Source: the human T2T-CHM13v2.0 reference genome, Homo sapiens
DNA: 64,000 nt
NCBI RefSeq assembly: GCF_009914755.1
Contig: NC_060939.1
Strand: one strand, 5' to 3'
Part shown: in pieces, positions 13,501-26,550 of the stretch
Position numbering within the stretch: position 1 is the first letter of the stretch
How the letters are laid out: the number at the start of each line of letters is the position of its first letter
Position numbers and translations under genes: made by a program
The notes under the pieces: generated by a model
Told to the model about the DNA's origin: nothing
Database searches by the model: none
What the model saw: only the letters and a program-made list of their open reading frames with translations

Positions 13501-15831
13501 ATACAAATACTTGTTAAATAAACAAAAGAAGAATGACACGCTGTTCCACTTAATTCAATCATTTCCAACACCTCTCTGGCCCTAATCATGACAAACCCCT
13601 CTGTAAGTTCTTCTCCACAACAGGATGACATGCCCTGGGATTCAGTTATGAAGCAGAGAAGGAAATGCCAGGAAGACTAATTTAAAACAAAATTTCGTTT
13701 TGGTAACAGCGTCTCTGACTCAGCTCTGGTGGAAAGTATCAACCTTATAAACCCACAAGGAAGAGGTGAAGATTTCACATCGTTTCTTCCTTTGATGTTA
13801 AAAAGAGAACCTTCTTGAAGGCTGGGACAGCACTGTGAGAGGAGGGCCACCAGGCTAGCAGAGAGCAGTCCCTTATAGCAGCCTCCTCTTGGTGAACTCA
13901 GGGGGCGAGAGACTTTCCCTGAGCCCGAGTGTCCTGGCTATAGACCAGTAACTATTATAGCACCTCCTCTGTCTACCCCACACAGCATCTACCTCCCAGC
14001 CCCCCAAACTCCTATTTATCCTCCAGGACCCAGTTCATATGCCGCCCCCACCTCTTTGGGAAGAGGCCTGCTCCCTCAGCATGCAGGTCTTTCCCCAGGT
14101 CCTTCCTGTCTCAACTCCAGCATTTACTATGTTGGGCTGCAGTTAGTTCTTATCGATTTGGTCACTCCTCTGTCCCTCTGTGACCCTCTCAAGGGCAGGG
14201 GCCACGTTGAGCCTGCATTCCCAATACTTTCTGCAGTGCTTGGCACACAGCGATTGATTGCTGCATGCCTATTAAAGTGAACCACTGAAAAACTAGACGT
14301 GAAGGGACTTTTAAACTGGAAATGTAATCTATAAAGTATAAAGAGTTATTACCAAAGGCAGACCACAAAATAGAGTGGCACACTACTGCCAACCCTTAGG
14401 AACAGCCCTTACTTGGCGCAGACCCTATTGAAGCATTTAATCACCTCACCACTAGGTAAAATTCGTGAAAACACCTGGTGAACTTGGGTGGAAAGGTTCA
14501 ATTAGGAATTACAGAAAACATTCTCTAAGTAGTGGCCTCCCCCTCCCCCCTCCTTCGACAGCTTTATCCCAGGTTTCCACACCCTCCCTGCCCACAGGGC
14601 TCAGAGGTAAGAATATTATATAAGGAACGAATGCTGCCTTCATTTGTTTTAATAAAGAAACAGCCCATTTAAAGAAACACAGACTTTAGATATTTCTGAA
14701 TGTGAATATGACCCAGAGGCTCAGGAATACAGAACGGCTGTCTTGAGAATGAGCGTTTTTTTCCTATTTAAAACATTCTGGAAAATTGCTCTGTATCCCC
14801 ATGCCAAGATGAAAAAATAAAAAACATAAGGGCTATTTGGAATGTCTCTGCATTTTACAGATGACTTTAATGCATAATGTTATAAAGACATGAAGCTCTC
14901 TGGCCTCAAATGCCCCCAGTGCAGCCGCCTGAAAGCCCGGGAGAGGCACGCCACGGTGTGGAATCTGTGAGCAGACCCCACAAAGAAAACTCACGGTTTC
15001 AGATGAGCTTTGTGGTTGTTCGTGGGCTTTTTAGCTTACAGAAGTCTCCTAAGAGGATGCAAGCAGGCTTGTGTGGAATAATCCCTTAACTGTATGGTAT
15101 AAAATTTGTTAATATAAAATGATAATGATGATGATGGTGGTGTATCTCAGTGTAAGAAGCTGTTTTCACATATATTTCATCTTGTTTTATTTGACATTGC
15201 AACCACGTTAGCTAGGTAGGAAATGAATTACTGATGTTATAGATGTGGAAAATGATGGCTGAGAGAGGGTTGTGGCTGGCTCCAGATCTAATTGCTAGGC
15301 AATGAATGGTCTGGCACCAGAGCCCAGAGCTACTGTACAATGCTTGGTGGGAGTGGGAAGTTGAGTAAAAACAGGCACCACTGTTAAGTAGGGAAGATTT
15401 GAGAGAACACAAGTGCTGGATCCTTACAGACCCAATTCTGCACCTGGGCCCTGACAAGGACAGGCTACATGATCATGGGTCAACCGTTACAACCTTTTGG
15501 TCAATTTCCTCATCTGCGTATGTGAATAGCAATTCCCAACTCATGGGTTAATATGCAGACCGAGTGTTTGGGCTCCATTACAGCACAGGTAGGAACCAAA
15601 GAAGTGGTAGCCATTAGTATTTTGTCATTATTTCTAGCTTTACAGAGGGCTATTGGTCCTGTAAAGAGGCTCATTTCATTTGTTCATTGTGACTCTGTCT
15701 GGGTGGGAATTCTCCTAAATACTTCATGAGGCCCATCTCTCTCTTCCCCTGCAGAAGCTTTGCCAAGGACAAATAGCTCAAGTATCTGGCTTCCATGTTC
15801 CGAAGGAAGAACCTTGCCTTTTAAGGCATAA

Positions 15832-15910
15832 TGTGTGTGTGTGTGTTTATGTGCGTGTATGTGGCATGTGTGTGTATGTGTATACGTGGGGTGTATGTGT
15901 GTATGTGCAT
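15832..15910. repeat. Imperfect (TG)n/(TATG)n simple repeat
   Basis: Direct reading. Confidence 0.85.
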
Positions 15911-17272
15911 GTCACGAGCCTGGTGGCTTATGTCTTTTACTCCTCTTTACTTTTGAAATAATATTCACCTGTTGTTGTCTTTTTCAAATATTTCTATGTC
16001 TACAGAGATGAAAATCTTTGCCCAGATTCAATAAGGCAAGAAATCAATTAAGGTTTTCATTTACTGCTTAGCCTCAAAAGATAAGACACTGAGAGAAGAC
16101 CTAAGAAAGTATGTACAGTTTCCTGGAGGTTTCATTCTGGGTTCTGTGTTCCAGAAAAAATAAAACAGGAAGGAAAACCCTTACATGTCCTATTTAAAAC
16201 CTAAATGTTTTGTTTCTTTTTTTAAAAAAAAAATTTAAAGCCATACCACTTTATTTTGATTAATATGGACAACTCCAACAAAAGAAAGATGCCTCAATTT
16301 TTTGAAGACAGTCCTAAACCTAACAGCTTGGTTTTTAAATGGTTACATTTAAATATTTCTTTCTCTATTCATTTCCAAACCTGGGCCATAAATCACCCTT
16401 AGGAACACAATGGCCTGTGCCTATAGCAATTTATCATTTGGATAATGTCACTTGTTCAGGTGTGCACTAATTTATGCCTCAAATTAGAACTCCTGTTGGC
16501 TGAAACCTTGCCTTTCACGTGCACATCCTGAGCTTCGGCCCCTTCGGACCAGCTGGGAATGGTCCAGGCAAGGAAGAACCTACGCAATTCTTCACTCAGG
16601 GAAGGGGGATGGAGGTGATGAAAAGAGAGCTGGGGCTTAACAGTTCTCTTGAGTTCACTTGTTTAGACTCTTAATGTTTGTGGCCCAAGGATGCAACCTA
16701 TTAGGAAATACTCAACAAGTCCAGACTAAAGAGGAGGTCCCTGCATGCAACGTGCATGTCAGCTTTTGCTGCTCCAAGAAAAGGCAAGGAATTGAACAGC
16801 AGTGGGTTCAGAGCCCACAAGGCAGCATTGCAGAGCGGGAGGGATGCCAGAGTGGCTGTCCCAAGTTGGAGGCCTAGCGTTGCTGCTAATTCCCTGTCAA
16901 ATCATCTTTCTGGGCCTCAGTTTCCCTAGCAGTAAAAGAATTCTAAGATCTTCCTTCTCTGGCATTCTGTGACTCTCTCTCAGGAGGAAGTAGTTGTTTA
17001 TTACTATAGCCAGCTGTTATTACTACCTACAACCCCCATGATATCCCTATTTTCTCCAGTTACCCAAAAAGAGATGGCACAGAAACAACTCTTAAGTTTC
17101 TGACCCACAATATGGAGAATCGGTACTTACACATTCGGCAGGGAAATCTCTATTTGGAATTCTCCCCTTCTATCTCCACTCTATATTTTCTCTCTTTCAC
17201 TGTCTCTCTCTTCCAAATATGTCAGGAAGAGACAAAGCACTTTCTAGCACCAGCATTAAAATGAACTACCAG

Positions 17273-17584
<312 letters not shown>

Positions 17585-17639
17585 TTAACACATGTTTGCT
17601 CTGTGTTAGCTGTTATGTCATAGTTCTTTAATAAAATAA

Positions 17640-17810
17640 ATTCATTTAGTGCTCCCAACAACTTCTGGAGGCCCACACGAATCCTCTTCATTTGACAAAT
17701 TAGGAAACTGAGGCTCAGGGAGGTAACCTGTCCAAGATTGCACAGGGAATGGCAGCATCTGAATCTGAAGCCAGGGCCATCTGAATCCCAAATGAGTACT
17801 ATTTCCACAG
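17640..17810 (-). mobile_element. MIR SINE
   Basis: CATTTGACAAATTAGGAAACTGAGGCTCAGGGAGGTAACCTGTCCAAG. Confidence 0.75.
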
Positions 17811-18699
17811 TGCTGAAATGAGCAAGTTCGTGAATCAGGGCCATTTAAAATGTGGCTAAGTGAGTTTGATTGCTTAAGCTCCATTGGTAATTAAGATCAA
17901 CGGTAGCCAAGAAGGACTACAAATATTTTTGAATTTCCACAAACGAGGGGTGTGACTATAGAATTACATATGTATGAGATTAAATAACCGATTTCAAGAG
18001 CCACACACAAAAATTAGTCTCATTGCATTTTAGCCAGGGTTTATATATTTGAATTGTAAATTCAGAGATCCTTTCTCAGTTAATATCTCTTTACAACTCT
18101 GTGATAATAGCTCTTAAATTATAATAGGCTCTCTCTTTCAATAGAAGAAACCAGAAACCTAAAATTCACATTTGTTCATTGTTCTTTTGTAATGCAGTCA
18201 TTGACTTTCTTATATGTGTAGCTTTAAACACAATTTCCTCATCGCCCAAGTAAATCAAGGGAAAATGGCTTCCCAGACACAGTTTTTAAATGCACCAGTT
18301 TTGTTTAAGGCGTGAAAATTGTGAGAATCCCATGGATCCAGGGTGATGAATCACTGCTTCCGCCAGTCACTTCCCCAACCTGCAGCTGGAGTTGTCCCAA
18401 GCTGCTCTCTCCCACACCCCATAGGCAGCCATCCCCTCTCACCATGACGCCACTCTCCTCTGACACGCAAGGGAACACCTGCCAGAGGGTGACTTCACCA
18501 TACCCAGTCACTCTGACAACAGCCCAAATAAAACCATGTCAGTCATTTGAACCAGAAACAACAGTCCAACAGGGCTGGGGAATTCAAAGTCATAGGAAAG
18601 ACAGAGAGAAAGAGGGAAGAGAACTGTTGCCACAAACAATTAAAACCCAGGCACAAATACCTTAATGTAGGAAATGCAGGGAGAAGGAGGCAGCCAGAA

Positions 18700-18900
18700 G
18701 GGAGGAGTCAGGAGTCAGAAGGGACTGGGTTTGAGCCCAGCATTTACCGGATGTGCAACCTTGGGAAACTTACCTACCTTCTCTGATCTTGTTGTCCTAT
18801 ATGTAGGATAGAATAACAGGACCCAACACATAGAGTAGTTGGGATTCTGAGTATTTATGTAAAACACTTAACACCTAGTTAGCACTCAATCCATGTTAGC
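18700..18900 (+). mobile_element. MIR SINE
   Basis: CTGGGTTTGAGCCCAGC...TGTGCAACCTTGGGAAACTTACCTACCTTCTCTG. Confidence 0.7.
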
Positions 18901-19879
18901 TGATAATATATTGTATCATTGATATAGGATTACATGGTAGGTCTATGAACACTCTAGAGCCCAGTAGGCTCCTCTCTCTGGCAAACTGAGCAAAAAGAGC
19001 CTTGGATTCCAGTCCTGGTTTTGCCACTGGCCAGATGAGGCAAATCACATTACTTGGTGTCAGTTTCCAATTCTGCCAACTAAGAGGGTCATTTCAATGC
19101 CTTCCAAAGACCCTTTTATAGCTCTATAATATGGTATCTTTTCCTTTACACAATGTTCAATACCAAATTGGCAACACAAGTCACAGAAGTTTAAATCTCA
19201 GGTGTTCAGGAGCCTCTTCGGAGGACCAATTCTTCTCTCTGTCCCAGGAATCTGTAGGGGGTAGATTGGGCAGGCTTTGGGGCCTAGCAATGCTTTGTAA
19301 AGCCTCCCTCTTGATTGCTTGGCCAATCTGACTGCATCCCTCATAAGCATTTTAGGCAGTGACATGCTGCCTTGAAATTCTTCCTTTCAGTAGAAAAGTC
19401 AGATCTGTCAGGAGGAGAATAACTCCCTGCTTTTGATTTCTTGTTAAGAACCCAAGGCGGGAAAAAAATGCAAGGAGATTAAAAAAACAAAAACAAAAAC
19501 TTTGGGGCAAAGGAAAATACATACTCTAGCAGCTGGCTGGCCAAGGTGCCCGAGTGAAAAGCACCCACAATTCTGCACACTCTGACTATAAGTTTTTCTC
19601 TGTATTAAGGTGTCTATAGCTCCACCCATGAACAGCAGCCACATGCAGACTAAATCAGGCCAGACCAGAATGGAATAGTTAAAACATCTCTTGCCATGCC
19701 TTCCGGAATGCCACTCTTTTAATATCGCAGAACTCTTATCAGTATTACTAACGGAAACTTCTAGATTGCCTGTACTGATTTCTCTCCCAGGGAGTTGCAG
19801 TGGTAATGAGAAAAATGGCAATGCCTGGGATCTATAAGACTTGGTAGTTTCATAAAGGACCTTATCTATACACTCTCTT

Positions 19880-20030
19880 TTGATTACCTGCAACAATGCT
19901 ACAAAGTAGGCACTGTGGGTATTATTATTCCCATTTTACAGATGGAGAAACAACCAACATGCTGAGTGAGTTAAGGACCAGTAGGTTAGGAGTAGAGTTA
20001 GAACTGGAGTCATGGCTTTCTTGCTTCCCA
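19880..20030 (-). mobile_element. MIR SINE
   Basis: TATTATTCCCATTTTACAGATGGAGAAAC. Confidence 0.7.
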
Positions 20031-20167
20031 TCACATGCCCTCTCCCTTTTTGGAACACCTTTTATGGACAAAAAGGAGAAAAAGGCAGGCTTGAAGGTGT
20101 CAAAGGAAGAAAATTGGGCCAGTTTTCTTTGTAGTGAGGCTCCTGTCTATTTAGAAAAAGTCATTCA

Positions 20168-21900
20168 ATGTACCTTAAGGTAAGAAAAACCATCTATGAC
20201 AAACCCACAGCCAACATTATACTGAATGGGGAAAAGTTTAAAGCATTCCCCCTGAGAACTGAAACAAGACAAGGATGCCCACTTTTACCACTTCTATTCA
20301 ACATAGTACTGGAAGTCCTAGTCAGAGCAATCAGAAAAGAGAAAGAAAGAAAGGGCATCCAAATCGGTAAAGAGGAAGTCAAACTGTTGCTGTTTGCTGA
20401 TGATATGATCCTGTACCTAGAAAAACCTAAAGGTTCATCCAAAAAGCTTCTAGGTCTGATACATGAATTCACCAAAGTTTCAAGGTACAAAATTAATGTA
20501 CACATATCAGTAGCCCTGCTATACACCAACAATGACCAAGCTGAGAATCAAATCAAGAACTCAACTACTTTCACAATAGCTGCAAACAAAACAAAACAAA
20601 ACAAAACAAAAACTTAGGAATATACCTAACCAAGAAGGTGAAAGACCTCTACAAGAAAACTACAAAACACTGCTGAAAGAAATCATAGATGACACAAACA
20701 AATGAAAACATATCCCATGCTCATGGATGGGTAGAATCGACATTGTGAAAATGACCATACTGCCAAAAGCAAGCTACAAATTCAATGCAATTCTCATCAA
20801 AATATCACCATCATTCTTCACAGAACTAGAAAAAACAATCTTAAAATTCATATGGAGCCAAAAAAGAGCCCACATAGCCAAAGCAAGCCTAAGCAAAAAG
20901 AACAAATCTGGAGGCATCACATTATCTGACTTCAAACTATACTATATGGCCATAGTCACCAAAACAGCATGATCTTGGTATAAAAATAGGCACATAGACC
21001 AATGGAACAGAATAGAGAACCCAGAAATAAAGCCAAATACTTACAGCCAACTGATCTTCAACAAAGCAAACAAAAGCAGAAAGTGGAGAAAGTACACCCT
21101 GTTCAACAAATGGTGCTGGGATAATTGGCAAGCCACATGTAGGAGAATGAAACTGGATCCTCATCTTTCACCTTATACAAATATCCACTCAAGATGGATC
21201 AAAGACTTAAATCTAAGACCTGAAACCTAAAGATTCTAGAAGATAACATCAGAAAAACCCTTCTAGACATTGGCTTAGGCAAAGACTTCATGACCAAGAA
21301 CCCAAAAGCAAATGCAACAAAAACAAAGATAAATAGACGGGACTTAATAAAATTAAAAAGCTTCTGCACAGCAAAATAAATAATCAGCAGAATTTACAGA
21401 CAATCTACAGAGTGAGAGAAAATCTTCACAGTGTATACTTCTGACAAAGGACTAATATCCAGAATCTCAAACAAATGAGCAAGAAAAAAACAATCCCATC
21501 AAAAAGTGGGCTAAGGACATGAATAGACAATTCTCAAAAGAAGATACACAAATGGCCAACAAGCATATGGAAAAATGCTCATCATCACTAATTATCAGGA
21601 AAATGCAAATCAAAACCACAGTGGAATACCACTTCACTCCTGCAAGAATGGACATAATAAAAAAAATTTAAAAAATAGATGTTAGTGTTGATGTGGTGAA
21701 AAGGGAACACTTTTACAGTGCTGGTGGGAATGTAAACTAGTACAACCACTATGGAAAACTGGGTGGAGTTTTCTTAAAGAACTAAAGGTAGATCTACCAT
21801 TTGATCCAGCAATCCTACTACTAGGTATCTACGCAGAGGAAAATAAGTCATTATATGAAAAAGATACTTGCACACACACGTTTATAGCGGCACATTTTAC
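20168..21900 (+). pseudogene. Disrupted LINE-1 ORF2 (reverse transcriptase and C-terminal part)
   Basis: ORF 20168-20617 contains [33 protein letters not shown] and the LFADDMI RT motif; ORF 20727-20972 [14 protein letters not shown] is also ORF2; frameshifts and stops separate the pieces. Confidence 0.9.
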
Positions 21901-21937
21901 AATTGCAAAAATATGGAACCAGCCCAAATGCCCATCA

Positions 21938-22059
21938 ATATATAAACATATATATGTTATATATATGTTTATAATATATAAAACATAATTTATATATATG
22001 TTTATAACATACATTATAAACATATATACAAATTTATGTGTATATATACACACACACAC
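21938..22059. repeat. (TA)n/(CA)n low-complexity expansion inside the L1PB
   Basis: Direct reading. Confidence 0.85.
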
Positions 22060-22619
22060 CATGGAATACTACTCAGCCATAAAAGGAATGAAATAATGGT
22101 GTTTGCAGCAACGTGGAAGGAATTGGTATTTGCAGCAACCTGGAAGGAATTGGAGATTATCATTCTAAGTGAAGTAACTCAGGAATGGAAAACCAAACAT
22201 CGTATGTTCTCATTCATATGTGGCAGCTAAGCTATGAGGACACAAAGGCATAAGAATGACACATTGGACTTTGGAGACTCAGAGGAAATGTTGGGGGGTG
22301 GCGACGGATAAAAGACTACACACTGGGTACAGGGTACACTGCTCGGGTGATGGGTGCACCAAAATCTCAGAAATCACCACTAAAGAACTTACTCATGTAA
22401 CCAAACGCCACTTGTTCCCCCAAAACCCATTGAAAAAAATAAATTAAAAAATGTAAAAAGTCCTTCAGCTCTAAATTCTGTAAATAAATATTCCACACAT
22501 CCTAAAAATGGCCAGGTGGATATCAAACTTGAATTGGTAAATTGTGTGGTACCAGTGGCCTGAACTACAACAATTGACAGCAATGTGCACAGTTAATCCC
22601 AATTCTGTGTTTTTCAAAA

Positions 22620-24825
22620 TTCATTTATTTAAAGTTGTACCTGCACGTTAAAGAGACAAATAATTCTACAAAGCTTTATAGAAAAACCAACAGTCCCTGC
22701 CCATATTTCTTATCGCCAAGGGCAACCACTTTCAACTTCTTTAGCTGATTCTTTTGATATTTACCTCCATATCTCGAAATAACAGGTTTATGTAACTACT
22801 TTTTGATGTTTCTGTTTTAGGCTTTATCTACTGACCTTCCACGACGGAAGATGAGGTTTTTGCTTTCTTTCAAGAACTCCCACCCCCACCACACACATGC
22901 ACATTTCCTGTTCCCCATCCTGCCAATTGCAATTTATCACAGTTTTGGTTGGATCAATATTCTGTGCTTCTGGTTTTATGACAATGTAAATGCTATTCAC
23001 CAATGGGGCATGTTATATACAATGAATATTCTTTCTTTTCTGTATAATATTATGTTTTTTTTTTCTGGCATTAATAATTAACTTTTTTGCTTGCTTAATT
23101 TTCTCTCTACTTATTTCTTATTCAACTCCAAACTCTCCAAATGTAAGTTTCAATGCATTCAGACAAATCAGGTGTTCTATCAGTTTCACCTTCTTGAAGC
23201 TATTTCCCCAGGATCCTGCTGACCTGCTCCAGTCTAGATTGTTTTGTTTCTGGGCTGCTGTAAGGCTGTTGTGTTGTGATTTCTCTTTCTCATGATCCTG
23301 GGGACTCTCTTCACTCTCTATTTTGTTGGCTTCCTTGTTTTTTAGAGCCTCCTGTCTTTCTTGGTTTATGCCCTCAAGTTTGATGGTGCATCTTTCAGTA
23401 GTCTCCTGAAAGAGTGTGTGTAAGCTAACATTTTGGAGACCACACATATCTAAAAATGTTTTTGTTCTAACCTCACATTAATTAATAGTTTGGTTAGATA
23501 GAGAATTCTACACTGGAAACAATTTTCCTTTGGGACTTTGAAAACCTTGCTTCATCACCCTCTGGTTTCCATGTTGCTGTTGAGACATCTAACATGGGTC
23601 TAATTCTTGATCTTTTATACAAAAGCTGCTATTTTTCTTTGGAAACCAAGGGCCTTCTTGTGTTTGGTGTTCTGAAATCTCATGATCCTGTCTTAGTGTA
23701 GATCTAACCTCACCCCTTACACTGGGCATTTGAGAGATTCAAGGAGAAACTTCAGTGTTGGGAAATTTTCCTGAATCACCTTTTGAATTATTTTACCCTT
23801 CCCATCCCCTGCTTATTTTTCTCTCGTTTTTTGCTTCTACTCTTCAATTTTTAATTTATTACAGCTCATTATTATTTTTGAGTATTCCTTTTTTTAGAAC
23901 ATTGTTCTTTGCTCATGAATGCAATATCTCTACTTATCTTTCTGTGTTTTTTAAAGTCAAGGGTATTCCACCCTTTCCCTCCAGTTTTTTTTTTTCCTCC
24001 CTTCGTAGTTTCTGTTTCCTCTAACTTGCTGCTTTCTCTGTATCTCACATTATATGCTTTCCTTAAATGACTGGTAATTCTTGTTTATCTGCTCTAATTT
24101 AAGAGTGGGGCATTAAAAAGCTGAGTGTGATTTCTGGGTACACGAAAGGGGTTCATCCACTGTTAGAATAATGGATTAGGCCATTTCCTTGGGGAGCCAC
24201 AATGCCAGCTTCTTTGGTCTTTTATTCCTCTTAGACTAGTCAGATACCACAGAGAAAATTCCAGTTGCTGCTTAGAGATAAACATCTGGCTGCTATTGTG
24301 TGGGAGACAAGTCCGAAAGAGAAAGCAGGGAGTCTTCAATTAAATACATGAACCTATGTCTTAACCCCACTGTTTGCACACTGTCCTGAGTCCAGAGACA
24401 CTCAGTTTCACACTACCCAAAGGATAATTGTCTAGCTCAGGAGAGGGATGGTACCATTTCCTAGAGTGAATCTAGGATAAAATTGCTATTTCAACAGACT
24501 TTTCATCCAACTTATTTTTAGCCCATCGATTTCATTTTCAGAGATACCTGGTGCCATCAGTTCTTAAACCTGCATGGCACTGGGTTCTGTGATAATCTGG
24601 GTTTTCCCCCTTGCTGGCTTGGGATTCAGCTTTCCTGTATCTGATAAGTCAGTTATCTCTATTCCATCTGCTTTCCAGCTCCCAAAATATTGTTGCCAAT
24701 CTATTCTCCACTATTCTTTTTGGTCTGTGGGTTATTCTTGAAAAAGACTCTTTACAAATCATTTTAGTGGATTTTGAGGAGAGAATAGAATTACACATGT
24801 GTATTTAATCTGCTATCTCTAACCA
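22620..24825 (-). mobile_element. Old HAL1/L1M-related element, antisense
   Basis: T-rich reverse ORF1-like sequence (TTTGGTTAGATAGAGAATTCTACACTGGAAACAATTTTCCTTTGGGACTTTGAA, CTGGTTTCCATGTTGCTGTTGAGA). Confidence 0.6.
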
Positions 24826-25299
24826 TTCTGTCTAAGCTCCTTCATTCTGTGTTTAACATAGTAAAACAGTCAAATCTACTTTGGACCAATGATATAATAC
24901 AGAAACATTCTTTGAAAAGAAATCTTAATCCACTGGAAAACTGACAGTTTCTTTATGGCATTTATTATTACCCACATCTCAATTCTCATTTCTGACTAGT
25001 CCATCTCTGCAGAACCGGTCCTGCCCAATGGATTTATAATCTGTACCTTTCAAATACCTATTTGATCATTAATCCACAGTAAGCAATGTGGGTGCAAGGC
25101 CAGCCAAGGACCAAGGTGTGTTAATTTCATTTACTGTCTCTTGGGTGGCTAACAACTTTCCATCTCAGGTTATTTATGCAAGTTGAATCATTTTCATATT
25201 CATTATTTTAACGGTGAAATGGCAAAGTTTTCTAATTATTAAAAATCCCAAAGTTGAATCAAGCAGTAGCATTCTTTAGTTTTTAAGAACTGTGCACAT

Positions 25300-25880
25300 T
25301 GTGGGGAAGCATCACGTGTTTATAAGCATGGCATCTCTGATCACACTACCTAGATTTGAATCTCTGCTTCCCTTTGTTTGACCCCAGAAAATCTGCTTAA
25401 CCACTCTGTGCCTTAATTTCTCCATCTATAAAATGGAAACAACAATAGTACTTAACCTGTAAGTTTATTGTGAAAATTAAATGAAAGCAAGGTGCGGTGC
25501 CTCACACCTGTAATCCCATTACTTTGGGAGGATGAGGTGGGAGGAATGCTTAAGCCCAGGAGTTTGAGACCAGCCTGAGCAACATACTGAGACCCCATCT
25601 CTACAAATATATATATTTTTAAAATTAGACAGGCACAGTGGCGTGTATCTGTAGTCCTAGCTACTGAGGAGGCTGAGGTGGAAGAATTGCTATAGCCTAG
25701 GAGTTCAAGGCTGCAGTCAGCCATGATCATGCCACTGCACTCCAGCCTGGGCAACAGACTGAGGCCCTGTGTCTAAAAATAAATAAATCAATAAATAAAG
25801 AAGAGTGAATGAAATAATATGTGGAGAAAGCAAATTCCCCAGTGACTGGCACAAAGAAAGAGCTCAGTAGATGTTGTCAT
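25300..25880 (+). mobile_element. MIR SINE interrupted by an AluJ
   Basis: CTTAACCACTCTGTGCCTTAATTTCTCCATCTATAAAATGG before the Alu; ATGAAATAATATGTGGAGAAAGC...CTGGCACA after it. Confidence 0.75.
25486..25799 (+). mobile_element. Alu, AluJ subfamily
   Basis: GCCCAGGAGTTTGAGACCAGCCTGAGCAACATA; GGAGTTCAAGGCTGCAGTCAGCCATGATC; (TAAA)n tail. Confidence 0.95.
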
Positions 25881-26214
25881 CTCATATTTTTAAGGACTTA
25901 GGAATAACATCAATAAATATGTATTAAGTGGCTTAAGGAGACCAGAGACACTCCCTCCTTGTCCACTGTGATAGAAGAGAAGTAGCAGTGTCGTCTGAGA
26001 GTTCAACTGTAAATTCAGCACCTAGCAGGTTTGAGCAGAAATACAGAAAGTCAGGTTGAAGGAGGTATTAGGTCAGAGAGCTCTAATGCAGTGTAAGTGA
26101 TGGAATCTGGACATTGGATAGGTGAACATCATCCAGAAGGGGCATGTCCTATCATTGTAATAAAAAAGGACACTGCCAGTTTCTGAACTATAGTGACACC
26201 ACCAAGGCAACGGG

Positions 26215-26550
26215 ACTGTGCTGGTCAGAAGAGGCTGTGCCCTATGATAACAAATCTCTACCTCTCAGTAGCTTACAGAAAAAGCTTTATTTCTTGATTC
26301 CATCAGGTCTGATGCAGATCGGTGGTCTTTCTCTATCTTGTTTCTCTGCCATCTGCAACATCCTGCCTCCAAAGGCACCATAGGAGAGAAAGAGAGACAG
26401 AAGAACTAGGACTTGTATCCTGTCCATTTACATCCCATTTGCCAGGACTCAGCCTCACGGCCCCAACCCAAGAATGAGGGGACTGGGAAATACCATATCC
26501 TCTCTGCCCAGGAAGAGCAGACAGGTTGGTGAGGGCAGAGACCATTGCAG
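26215..26550 (-). mobile_element. Old MaLR LTR (MLT1J/K-like)
   Basis: TAACAAATCTCTACCTCTCAGTAGCTTACAG...TTTATTTCTTG and CTCACGGCCCCAACC...GGACTGGGAAAT. Confidence 0.5.

Larger units (their letters stand above)
20168..22452 (+). mobile_element. 5'-truncated LINE-1, L1PB (L1PB1-like), ~2.3 kb
   Basis: ORF2 RT and C-terminal homology; L1PB-type 3'UTR (GAAGTAACTCAGGAATGGAAAACCAAACATCGTATG...AAAATCTCAGAAATCACCACTAAAGAACTT); A-rich tail; TSD AAAAAGTCATTCA (20155-20167) / AAAAAGTCCTTCA (22455-22467). Confidence 0.95.

Noticed and set aside
20168-20972. Reverse-transcriptase-like ORFs
   Set aside because: Ordinary broken LINE-1 ORF2 of a 5'-truncated L1PB; not a novel RT system or a host gene.
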